IMG/VR virus record: IMGVR_UViG_3300044613_002297
Length of the DNA stretch: 20,000 nt
Direction: 5' to 3' (one strand)
Origin: an uncultured virus (IMG/VR IMGVR_UViG_3300044613_002297)
Taxonomy: Duplodnaviria > Heunggongvirae > Uroviricota > Caudoviricetes
Positions 1 through 6,158 of this stretch are shown piece by piece. The notes under the pieces were generated by a model that worked only from the letters and a program-made list of their open reading frames with translations, ran no database searches and was not told where the DNA came from. The position numbers and the translations under genes are program-made. The stretch's first letter is position 1, and every line of letters starts with the position of its first letter.

Positions 1-315
1 CTTCGCGAGCTGACGACCTCGCGAAACATCGCGACGCTTCTGGTCACGAACATAGCCAAGGGATGCGACGCGAGCACAGAGATCGGCAACATCGGCAAGG
101 GATCGAATCAGATTGACTTTGACGTAGACAACTTCCTCTTCGGGCATAGGTCCGGAGAGACCGGGGCCGACGGTGAGCTCAAGATTGAGTGGAAGTGCAA
201 GAAGTTGCGCCAGGGCCAAATGGCCGATGTCGAGCTTTGGTTTGAGGGCAAGTACCAGCTTTTCACGGACACGATGCCGGTCCCGTTCCCTGAGTTCGCC
301 GAAGGGAACTTCTGA
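1..315 (+). CDS. DnaB-like (SF4) replicative helicase, C-terminal part (5' truncated by window)
   Basis: Frame 1 is open from base 1 to TGA 313-315: LRELTTSRNIATLLVTNIAK...IGKGSNQIDFDVDNFLFGHR...IEWKCKKLRQGQMADVELWFEGKYQLF. This parallels the DnaB C-terminal pattern (LKELA..IPVIALSQ / SGSIEQDAD..FLYR / IIAKNRNG..V.L.F...Y..F). Not in the ORF track because it has no start codon. Confidence 0.75.
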   Translation, partial: LRELTTSRNIATLLVTNIAKGCDASTEIGNIGKGSNQIDFDVDNFLFGHRSGETGADGELKIEWKCKKLRQGQMADVELWFEGKYQLFTDTMPVPFPEFAEGNF

Positions 316-317
316 CC

Positions 318-953
318 ATGGCAAAGCGCAAGGTATCCAAGTCGCCAGCCAAGTCAGGCAAGGGCGAACTGCGTCGCCGCGTGCGGGCGTTTATCGAGGA
401 CGGCTCTCTGGCCCGCCTGGGTAGCGAGGGGCGTCTCGTGGCTCACTACGTCTTTGAGCGGGCCGATTGGTCTACCGGCGAGATCCGGTTCTCCATGCGG
501 CACGTCGCGCGGGTGATGAAGGTGAGCCCGACGGCTATTCGCAGGGGCGTCGAGCAGATGGTCCGCGAGGAAATCCTGGCAATCTCGGCAAAAAGAGAAG
601 GCTCCGGTCGGTCGAAATACACGGTCGTGGGGCGCACACACAGTGTGTCCACCCCGGACACGCCTTGTGCGCAGGCGCGCACACACAGTGTGTCCGGGGT
701 GGACACACCTCGTGTCCAGAGCGCGCACACAGTGTGTCCGGAGCGCGCACACAGTGTGTCCGGAGCGCGCACGCCTTGTGACCACTATTCAGTCTTATTC
801 AGTGGTATTCCAGTAAATACCACTGAAATAACCAATGCGGCTGACGCCACGGACGGTGAAGGACCGTCCGAGCCTCAGCCGCAGCCAGAGTTTTCGAGAG
901 GTTGCGCCGCCGCTCTTGCACGCACAGGCACACTTACGGAGGAGTCGCCATGA
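318..953 (+). CDS. Phage replication initiator-like protein (N-terminal winged HTH, internal iterons)
   Basis: HTH-like segment FSMRHVARVMKVSPTAIRRGVEQMVREEIL followed by low-complexity repeats (THSVS, TPC) encoded by DNA iterons. Lies next to the helicase; lambda O-like architecture. Confidence 0.7.
   Translation: MAKRKVSKSPAKSGKGELRRRVRAFIEDGSLARLGSEGRLVAHYVFERADWSTGEIRFSMRHVARVMKVSPTAIRRGVEQMVREEILAISAKREGSGRSKYTVVGRTHSVSTPDTPCAQARTHSVSGVDTPRVQSAHTVCPERAHSVSGARTPCDHYSVLFSGIPVNTTEITNAADATDGEGPSEPQPQPEFSRGCAAALARTGTLTEESP
637..780. repeat. Seven iteron-like repeats, core CAC-N5-GTG, ~22-bp period
   Basis: Cores start at 637, 659, 682, 704, 726, 748 and 770 (CACACAGTGTG x4, CACGCCTTGTG x2, CACACCTCGTG x1). 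A perfect 19-bp inverted repeat lies at 643-661 / 690-708. Confidence 0.9.
786..830. other. AT-rich putative DNA-unwinding element of the origin
   Basis: TATTCAGT (786, 796) and TATTCCAGT (806) at 10-bp period; 12-bp inverted repeat TTCAGTGGTATT (798-809) / AATACCACTGAA (816-827). Clearly AT-rich against a GC-rich background and directly after the iterons. Confidence 0.7.
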
Positions 954-1207
954 CGCACACGCACCTGCCACCGCTCACCGACACCCAGTCACGGGTGTTT
1001 GAGTTCATACGGGACCACAACGCCCGCACGAGGACCGGAGCCGGGTTCAGGCAGATCTGCGAGGCGTTCGGCTTTGCGAGCCCGAACGCCGCCTACGGGC
1101 ACTGCCTGTCGCTGCGGAAGAAAGGCTGGATCACGTTCGAGAGCAACCGCGCGAACACAATCATCCCGACCCTCGAATCGCTGGAGGCATCCGATGACGA
1201 GGCGTGA
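950..1207 (+). CDS. LexA-type DNA-binding domain protein (no peptidase domain)
   Basis: ATG 950 after GGAGG, overlapping the upstream stop (ATGA). LTDTQSRVFEFIRDH...FRQICEAFGFASPNAAYGHCLSLRKKGWI matches the LexA N-terminal wHTH pattern (LT.RQ.E..D.I...EIA...GF.SPNAA..HL..L.RKG.I). Confidence 0.8.
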   Translation: MTHTHLPPLTDTQSRVFEFIRDHNARTRTGAGFRQICEAFGFASPNAAYGHCLSLRKKGWITFESNRANTIIPTLESLEASDDEA

Positions 1208-1439
1208 AATCAACGCGATTCACTCGGCGTGCTTTCGTCGCTCGTGGGACGACGACACGGATGACGCCTCGCGGGTCGTCTTCGAGCAGGCTTCGCTGGC
1301 GATGACGGTGCTCAAGTCGCAGGTCAAGGACATGCGCGAGCGTCTCGCCCGTCAGGCGCTGCACCTGGAGCGGGCCGAACTCGACGCCGAGATCATGCGT
1401 CGCGCGGCATTCGGCGAGCAGAAAGGCGGGGCGGCATGA
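1194..1439 (+). CDS. Hypothetical protein (coiled-coil)
   Basis: ATG 1194 preceded by GGAGG; MTRREINAIH...QKGGAA; stop overlaps the next start (ATGA). Confidence 0.65.
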   Translation: MTRREINAIHSACFRRSWDDDTDDASRVVFEQASLAMTVLKSQVKDMRERLARQALHLERAELDAEIMRRAAFGEQKGGAA

Positions 1440-1699
1440 GCGAGCTCGCAATCATCGCAATCGGGATCGTGATCCAGTCGGCGACGTTCGCCCTCGGGAT
1501 CCTTGTTGGTGCGTCACTCAGGAGGAGAGGACATGACGACGGCAACGGCTACGAAGCGGCGAAGGAGTACTGGCATCACGCTACCGGCCGCCACGCTGAA
1601 GACAGCGCTCGCGGACGTGTCCGCAGCGGTGCCGACGCGACCGGCGAAGCCAGTGCTCGCGTGCATCCGAATTGGCGATGGCACACTCACGGCGACTGA
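1436..1699 (+). CDS. Hypothetical protein with N-terminal transmembrane segment
   Basis: Coupled ATGA start; hydrophobic MSELAIIAIGIVIQSATFALGILVGASLRRR. The 3' part overlaps dnaN out of frame. Confidence 0.5.
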   Translation: MSELAIIAIGIVIQSATFALGILVGASLRRRGHDDGNGYEAAKEYWHHATGRHAEDSARGRVRSGADATGEASARVHPNWRWHTHGD

Positions 1700-2654
1700 C
1701 CTCGAACTCCAGATCGCTGTCGAGATCGACTACCACGGCGAGCCGCTACTCCTGCCGTTCGCCCGGCTGCGTGCGATCCTCGCCGAGGCTCGTGCCGAGG
1801 AGGTGACGATCACGCCTGACGGCACGTCGTGCGTCGTGACGGCCGGGCGTGGCACGTGGCGGCTTCCGGTCGAGAGCGCTGACGAGTGGCCGACATGGCA
1901 GCACGAGCCGCTCAGAACGCTCGTGCGAGTCCCGTGCGATCAATTCGCCCGTGCCGTGAAGGGCTGCGTCTACGCGACGGATAACGACAGCAGTCGCTAC
2001 GCACTCGGTGCGGTGCTCATTGAGGTGCTCGGCGGCGACTGCTCGTTCGTGGCGACCGACGGGCGTCGGCTCTCGCACGTGGCGGTCGAGCACGACCAAG
2101 CGGTGGACGACGGTTCGGCGCTCGTCCCGGCTCGGGTGCTCGCATCGCTCGCGAGCGTGGCGGCTCGAGGCGACGACGCGGTGCAACTCGAGGCGAGCGA
2201 GCACGAGCTCGTCGCCACGCTGCCGGGGTGCGTCGTGACGGCCAGGCAGATCGCCGGGCGTTTCCCCCGCTGGCGTGACGTGCTGCCGAAGGACCGCGAG
2301 GGTGCGATCGAGACGGTGGTCGATCGCGACGAGCTCATCGCTGCGACCAGGGCGGCGGCGATCGTCACCAGCGAGCAGTCGAAGGGCGTGGATTTCACGT
2401 TCTCGGCCGACGGCGTGACGCTTCACGGGCAGTCGAGCGAGTACGGGCAGAGTGACGTGACGATCGAGGTCGTCAGCGGCGGCGACCCGGTCAAGGTGAA
2501 GCTCGATCCCGTGTTCGTCGTCGAGTGGCTCCGTGGCATCGCGACGGACGAGGGGCCGCACATCACGGTCGAGCTCGTGGACGCGCAGTCCGCGTGCGTG
2601 CTCCGCAACGGCGGCGTCTACACCGGCGTCATCATGCCGCTCTCGAACGACTGA
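1533..2654 (+). CDS. dnaN: DNA polymerase III beta sliding clamp
   Basis: ATG 1533 after AGGAGGAGAGG. Motifs KPVLACI, LTATDLE, YATDNDSSRYALGAVL, VATDGRRL, GRFPRWRDVLP and C-terminal VIMPL; ~373 aa. Confidence 0.95.
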   Translation: MTTATATKRRRSTGITLPAATLKTALADVSAAVPTRPAKPVLACIRIGDGTLTATDLELQIAVEIDYHGEPLLLPFARLRAILAEARAEEVTITPDGTSCVVTAGRGTWRLPVESADEWPTWQHEPLRTLVRVPCDQFARAVKGCVYATDNDSSRYALGAVLIEVLGGDCSFVATDGRRLSHVAVEHDQAVDDGSALVPARVLASLASVAARGDDAVQLEASEHELVATLPGCVVTARQIAGRFPRWRDVLPKDREGAIETVVDRDELIAATRAAAIVTSEQSKGVDFTFSADGVTLHGQSSEYGQSDVTIEVVSGGDPVKVKLDPVFVVEWLRGIATDEGPHITVELVDAQSACVLRNGGVYTGVIMPLSND

Positions 2655-2665
2655 GGAGGTGCAAC

Positions 2666-3010
2666 ATGGGACACCGCAGGATCACCGACGCTGCCCTGCT
2701 CTTTCGGCTCTGGCACGACGAGACGCTTCGTGTCGAAGACATCGCTGATCGGCTGCGCGTCACGCCGAACACCGTGACACGCACGGCACAGCGTTTCGGG
2801 CTCGCGAACCGCAACCGTGTCGTGAGCGAGATCCGCGAGCGTAAGGCGATCGAGGCGGTCGAGGACGACTCGACTGTCGTCGATCTTCGTCTCGACGCCT
2901 GGACCGAAGAGCGGGCCAGGCCGATCCGCGAGGGCTGGAGCGAGGAGGTTCGGTACGAGCGGCGCGCCCAGAAAGTTCAGCCGATCTGCTACGGCGGGGT
3001 GTTCGGATGA
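2666..3010 (+). CDS. GcrA-like HTH DNA-binding protein
   Basis: ATG 2666 after GAGGAGG. LLFRLWHDETLRVEDIADRLRVTPNTVTRTAQRFGL resembles the GcrA N-terminal HTH (L..LW..G.S...IA..L..TRN.V.....RLGL). Confidence 0.6.
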   Translation: MGHRRITDAALLFRLWHDETLRVEDIADRLRVTPNTVTRTAQRFGLANRNRVVSEIRERKAIEAVEDDSTVVDLRLDAWTEERARPIREGWSEEVRYERRAQKVQPICYGGVFG

Positions 3011-3150
3011 GCGCACCGCTCCTCTTCCTCGTCTCGCTGATCTACTGGGGCGTCGCGATCGAGCAGTGGTGGAAGGGCAGCCCTGCCGGGTTCGTCGTTT
3101 GGGCGAGCTACGGAATGGCGAACTGGGGACTGATGTGGATGACGAGGTGA
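3007..3150 (+). CDS. Small membrane protein (47 aa)
   Basis: Read by hand (below ORF-track cutoff): MSAPLLFLVSLIYWGVAIEQWWKGSPAGFVVWASYGMANWGLMWMTR*. Two hydrophobic segments; 4-nt overlaps with both neighbours. Confidence 0.65.
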   Translation: MSAPLLFLVSLIYWGVAIEQWWKGSPAGFVVWASYGMANWGLMWMTR

Positions 3151-3383
3151 CCGTGACCGACATCGTGACACGCCTGCGCCGGTGGACGCACGCGGTGGAC
3201 GCTGCGCCCGCGAGCGACTTGATGGACGAGGCGGCGGATGAGATTGAGCGTCTGCGGCTTACAGACGAGGAGCGTGAGGCGATTAAGGCTGGCATCTCAG
3301 CCTGCGAAGACATCGTCTACGGCGGTGCTACCGACCAAGAGGCGGCGGACACCATGCGGCGGTTGTTGGATCGGTTGAAGTGA
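3147..3383 (+). CDS. Hypothetical phage protein
   Basis: GTG at 3147 (or 3153); TDIVTRLRRW...DEAADEIERLRLTDEEREAI. Stop TGA lies inside the TGAGAAC box of attC-like site 1. Confidence 0.65.
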   Translation: MTVTDIVTRLRRWTHAVDAAPASDLMDEAADEIERLRLTDEEREAIKAGISACEDIVYGGATDQEAADTMRRLLDRLK

Positions 3384-3436
3384 GAACGCGCAGGATAAGC
3401 GGCGGCCTCGCCGTCCGCTTCATCCGCTGGTTCTGT
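3381..3436 (-). mobile_element. attC-like recombination site 1 (inverted relative to ORFs)
   Basis: Minus strand: ACAGAAC-CAGCG-GATGAAGC-GGACGGC GAG GCCGCC-GCTTATC-CTGCGC-GTTCTCA = R''/5 bp/8-bp L''/stem-loop/7-bp L'/6 bp/R', with two unpaired bases. Confidence 0.8.
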
Positions 3437-3461
3437 GAGCGTAGAGAAACGAGGTGAAGCG

Positions 3462-3752
3462 ATGAACGATCCGATTGCAGACAGCAAGCCATACGCGACG
3501 TTTGTCTTCAACCATGAAGGCGAGCAGTACGTCATGCGACAGGACTACGAGCGGCTGCGGGCGATGCTCACTTGGGTTCCAGTTGAGGAGCGGCTTCCTG
3601 ACCAAGTAGATGATGTTGTTGTCTGGCACCCAAGCAGGATCGGCACAGGCTGGGCGTGGTATGACGGCGACGGCAAGTGGTTCAGCGGAGACTATGAGGT
3701 GTTGGTTTCGCACTGGATGCCGTTTCCGGCACCGCCAACGGACGGCAAGTAG
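3462..3752 (+). CDS. DUF551-like protein (cassette ORF)
   Basis: ATG 3462 after GAGGTG; WVPVEERLP...VVVW...VSHWMPFPAPP is the typical DUF551 signature. Confidence 0.8.
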   Translation: MNDPIADSKPYATFVFNHEGEQYVMRQDYERLRAMLTWVPVEERLPDQVDDVVVWHPSRIGTGWAWYDGDGKWFSGDYEVLVSHWMPFPAPPTDGK

Positions 3753-3754
3753 CC

Positions 3755-3810
3755 ACAGAACGCACAGGATAAGCGGCGGCTCTGCCGTCCGCTTCATCCG
3801 CTGGTTCTAT
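3755..3810 (-). mobile_element. attC-like recombination site 2 (inverted relative to ORFs)
   Basis: Near-identical 56-bp copy of site 1: ACAGAACGCACAGGATAAGCGGCGGCTCTGCCGTCCGCTTCATCCGCTGGTTCTAT. Differences occur only in the loop, one spacer base and the outer R-box bases. Confidence 0.8.
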
Positions 3811-3841
3811 TTTTCGAGGGGTAGTTTAGGTGGTGCAGAAC

Positions 3842-4087
3842 ATGAGCGAGAACGCTCAAGGCCCGCGTTCGAGTCGCGGCTCCTCGATTCGGAAATCAGA
3901 CCGGCAACGGATGGCACGGTTGGATCGTGGGATTGCTTGGCTGGACGCTCGGATGGCAAGCGTGCTGGTGTGGTTCGACAAGAAGGAATACGCCAGACTC
4001 GACACGAAGCGGGCGTCGATGGATCGGCAGCGGAAAGAACTTCGGCTCCGCATGAAGGGGACGAAGGCGGTCGGGAAGAACAAATAG
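3842..4087 (+). CDS. Basic hypothetical protein (cassette ORF)
   Basis: ATG 3842 after AGGTGG; R/K-rich and helical-looking; stop TAG lies within the ATAGAAC box. Confidence 0.6.
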   Translation: MSENAQGPRSSRGSSIRKSDRQRMARLDRGIAWLDARMASVLVWFDKKEYARLDTKRASMDRQRKELRLRMKGTKAVGKNK

Positions 4088-4136
4088 AACTTGTGTTTCT
4101 ACTGTCCGCGTATCACGCCGCTTCCGTGTATCACGC
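4084..4136 (-). mobile_element. attI-like site with two direct repeats
   Basis: Minus strand: GTAGAAA-CACAA-GTTCTAT (cf. attI1 CCCTAAA-ACAAA-GTTRRRY). Preceded on that strand by two 14-bp direct repeats (+ strand TCCGYGTATCACGC at 4105-4118 and 4123-4136). Confidence 0.6.
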
Positions 4137-4137
4137 T

Positions 4138-4170
4138 AACTGCAAGGCCACTAGCCTCGCGTGCCATGAT
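4138..4170 (+). promoter_or_regulatory. Putative phage promoter, class A (AACTGCAAG-N14-GTGS-YAnnnT), copy 1
   Basis: AACTGCAAG 4138-4146, GTGC, CATGAT 4165-4170, then ATG 5 nt later (leaderless geometry). Same spacing at 10453 and 19700. Confidence 0.6.
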
Positions 4171-4175
4171 CGGGC

Positions 4176-4967
4176 ATGCGACTCTTGGCGACGCTCATCG
4201 CCGTGTCGGCCCTCGCGGCATCCGCCGCCACGATCGATGACTCAAAAGGCGACAGCCGATACCTCGACTACGGTGCGACGTTCGCGGGATACGTCGTGCG
4301 GGTCACCGGAAACAACGCCGAAGGCGTTCCGCTCGCGGGCTCTGGCACGCTCATATCGCCGCACTGGGTGCTCACGGCGGCACACGTCCCGCACGAGATG
4401 ACGGCGGTGACCGTCGTGCTCGGCGGCGAGCGTCTCGCGTGCGACCGTGTCGTGCGGCATCCCGAATGGGAAGGCGTCCACGGCTGGCACGACATCGCCT
4501 TGGTGCGGCTCGGACAGCACAGGCACGCAGACGTGTACCCGATGCTCGCTGACGGCACCGAGCGGCTCGGCAGCGTCGCTGCCGCTGCGGGGTATGGCAT
4601 GACGGGCACGCTCACTCGCGGGCTTACGGGAGGCGACCAGCGGCTGCGGGCGGGGACTTGCGTCCTCGGGTCGATCGAGCACGGCGTGTACGTCTGCCCG
4701 ATTCGCAGGACGCCCGACGCTGGCCCGCTCCCTGCGTGCATCGCGCCGGGCGACTCAGGCGGCCCGCTCTGGGCAACTGCGATCGACGGCAGCACGCGGC
4801 TCGTCGGCGTGAACTCCTACGTCGCGAGGGTCGGCGGGAAGACGCGGTACGTCCTCGGCGAGGAGTCGGGGCACACCCGCGTGGTGCTCTACCTCGACTG
4901 GATTCGCAGCGTTGTCGGCGAACTTGACTCGCCATGCACGATGCCGGGATGCCAACCGCCACGCTGA
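4176..4967 (+). CDS. Secreted trypsin-like serine protease (S1 family)
   Basis: Signal peptide MRLLATLIAVSALAASA; catalytic-triad motifs GTLISPHWVLTAAH, HDIALVRL and GDSGGP. Confidence 0.92.
   Translation: MRLLATLIAVSALAASAATIDDSKGDSRYLDYGATFAGYVVRVTGNNAEGVPLAGSGTLISPHWVLTAAHVPHEMTAVTVVLGGERLACDRVVRHPEWEGVHGWHDIALVRLGQHRHADVYPMLADGTERLGSVAAAAGYGMTGTLTRGLTGGDQRLRAGTCVLGSIEHGVYVCPIRRTPDAGPLPACIAPGDSGGPLWATAIDGSTRLVGVNSYVARVGGKTRYVLGEESGHTRVVLYLDWIRSVVGELDSPCTMPGCQPPR
4924..4948 (+). promoter_or_regulatory. Putative promoter, class B (TTGAC-N7-GCACSATGC-N4-ATG), copy 1
   Basis: TTGAC tcgccat GCACGATGC cggg ATG(4949); identical geometry at 17830. Confidence 0.45.
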
Positions 4968-5170
4968 GATTCCGCCTGCCCGAGGACGAGGGCGAGTTCC
5001 GCGACTGCGTTGAGGGCTCGCGGGCGAAGTCGATCGTCATCCTGCTCGATGACCACCTCGCCACCGAGATCAAGGCTGGCGAGCTCGGCCACGATGTCGA
5101 GGTGGCGTACCAAGAGCTCCGCGAGTGGCTGCGGAGTCAGTGTGCGGAGCACGGGCTCGATCTGCTGTGA
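4949..5170 (+). CDS. Hypothetical phage protein
   Basis: MPTATLRFRLPEDEGEF... resembles a common small phage protein type (ATL.F.LPED..EF); GTGA overlap with rusA. Confidence 0.7.
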   Translation: MPTATLRFRLPEDEGEFRDCVEGSRAKSIVILLDDHLATEIKAGELGHDVEVAYQELREWLRSQCAEHGLDLL

Positions 5171-5565
5171 CCATCACGCTCTCAATCCCCGGCGATCCGG
5201 TGCCGCAACCGCGCCCGCGAGTGTCAACGCAGGGCGGGTTCGCTCGCGCGTACGTACCGAAGAGCCATCCAGTTCACGCCTACCGACAGGCGATCGCATT
5301 AGCGGCAAGCGTCGCCGGGCTCCGCGAGCAGGCGAAACCCGTGAGCGTCGTCATCGACGCCGTGTTCGCCCGGCCCAAGTCGCACATGAACAAAGCAGGC
5401 GTGAAGCCAACCGCACCGGCGTTGCCGCGACCCGACGTGGACAACCTGGGCAAGGCGGTCCTTGACGCGCTTCAGGACGTGATGGGCGACGACACGCACG
5501 TCGCACGGCTCGTCGTCGAGAAATCGTGGGGCACAGAAGGTCGCACGACGGTGCGGATCACATGA
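5167..5565 (+). CDS. rusA: RusA-family Holliday junction resolvase
   Basis: IPGDPVPQPRPR, FARPKSH, RPDVDNLGKAVLDALQ..MGDDTHV...EKSW contain the RusA catalytic Asp/Lys motifs. Confidence 0.92.
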   Translation: MTITLSIPGDPVPQPRPRVSTQGGFARAYVPKSHPVHAYRQAIALAASVAGLREQAKPVSVVIDAVFARPKSHMNKAGVKPTAPALPRPDVDNLGKAVLDALQDVMGDDTHVARLVVEKSWGTEGRTTVRIT

Positions 5566-6158
5566 GCGTCGCGATCTTCACGAGCGCGGGTGTCGGAACG
5601 CCGTGGGCAGAACTCACGGTGGCGAACCGTCTCGCGTACTGCGTGCGGCACGACTACACGATGGTGTGGCGGTGCGAGGCGTACTCGCAGGCGTTGTCGA
5701 ACTTCTGGCGGATCGGGCAACTGCTCGAGCATCACGACCTCGTGTGGACGCTCGATGCCGACTGCGTCATCACGAACCTGACGACCCGGATCGAGGACGT
5801 GCCCGATCTCGGGCCGCACATGACGATCTGCGAGGAGGGTATCGGCGCGCACGCCCTGGTGAACGGCGGGTCGATCGTGTGGCGTGCAACTCAAGGCACG
5901 CATTCACTTCTCGACGAGATCGTCGCCGCAGAGAACGAGTGGCGATCGATGGAATGGAACGTCCAGCAGTGGCTGATGAAGCACCGCGAGCGGCTGGCGG
6001 ATCGCATGACGATCGCGCCGAAGCGGGCTTTCAACTCTGTTCATCTCGGACAGACGAACCACTGGCAGCACGGCGACCTCGTCTACCACCCGTGCGGCAA
6101 TCCGCCCGACATCCGATGCGAGTTGATCCGCGAGCACCTAGGGCGGGTGGTGACATGA
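5562..6158 (+). CDS. Glycosyltransferase, GT34/GMA12-MNN10-like
   Basis: NRLAYCVRHDY, VWTLDADCVITN (DxD), VNGGSIVWR, QQWL, RAFNS, WQHGDLVYH. Confidence 0.75.
   Translation: MSVAIFTSAGVGTPWAELTVANRLAYCVRHDYTMVWRCEAYSQALSNFWRIGQLLEHHDLVWTLDADCVITNLTTRIEDVPDLGPHMTICEEGIGAHALVNGGSIVWRATQGTHSLLDEIVAAENEWRSMEWNVQQWLMKHRERLADRMTIAPKRAFNSVHLGQTNHWQHGDLVYHPCGNPPDIRCELIREHLGRVVT

Noticed and set aside
637..780. Iteron repeats as a mini-CRISPR or protein repeat domain
   Set aside because: The 22-bp period is not a multiple of 3 and the ~11-bp spacers are themselves repetitive; this fits DNA-binding iterons.
1533..2654. dnaN as part of a bacterial chromosomal origin region
   Set aside because: No dnaA, recF or gyrB neighbours; it is surrounded by phage-type genes.
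3381..3810. 56-bp direct repeats as a CRISPR array or simple terminators
   Set aside because: Only two copies, separated by a whole gene; no cas genes; site 1 has no U-tract. The box geometry and per-cassette core complementarity fit attC better.
3836..3883. GCAGAAC/GAGAACGC...CGCGGCTCC at the start of the second cassette ORF as a third, degenerate attC
   Set aside because: There is no closing GTT box and no L''/L' pairing; the resemblance is too weak to call.
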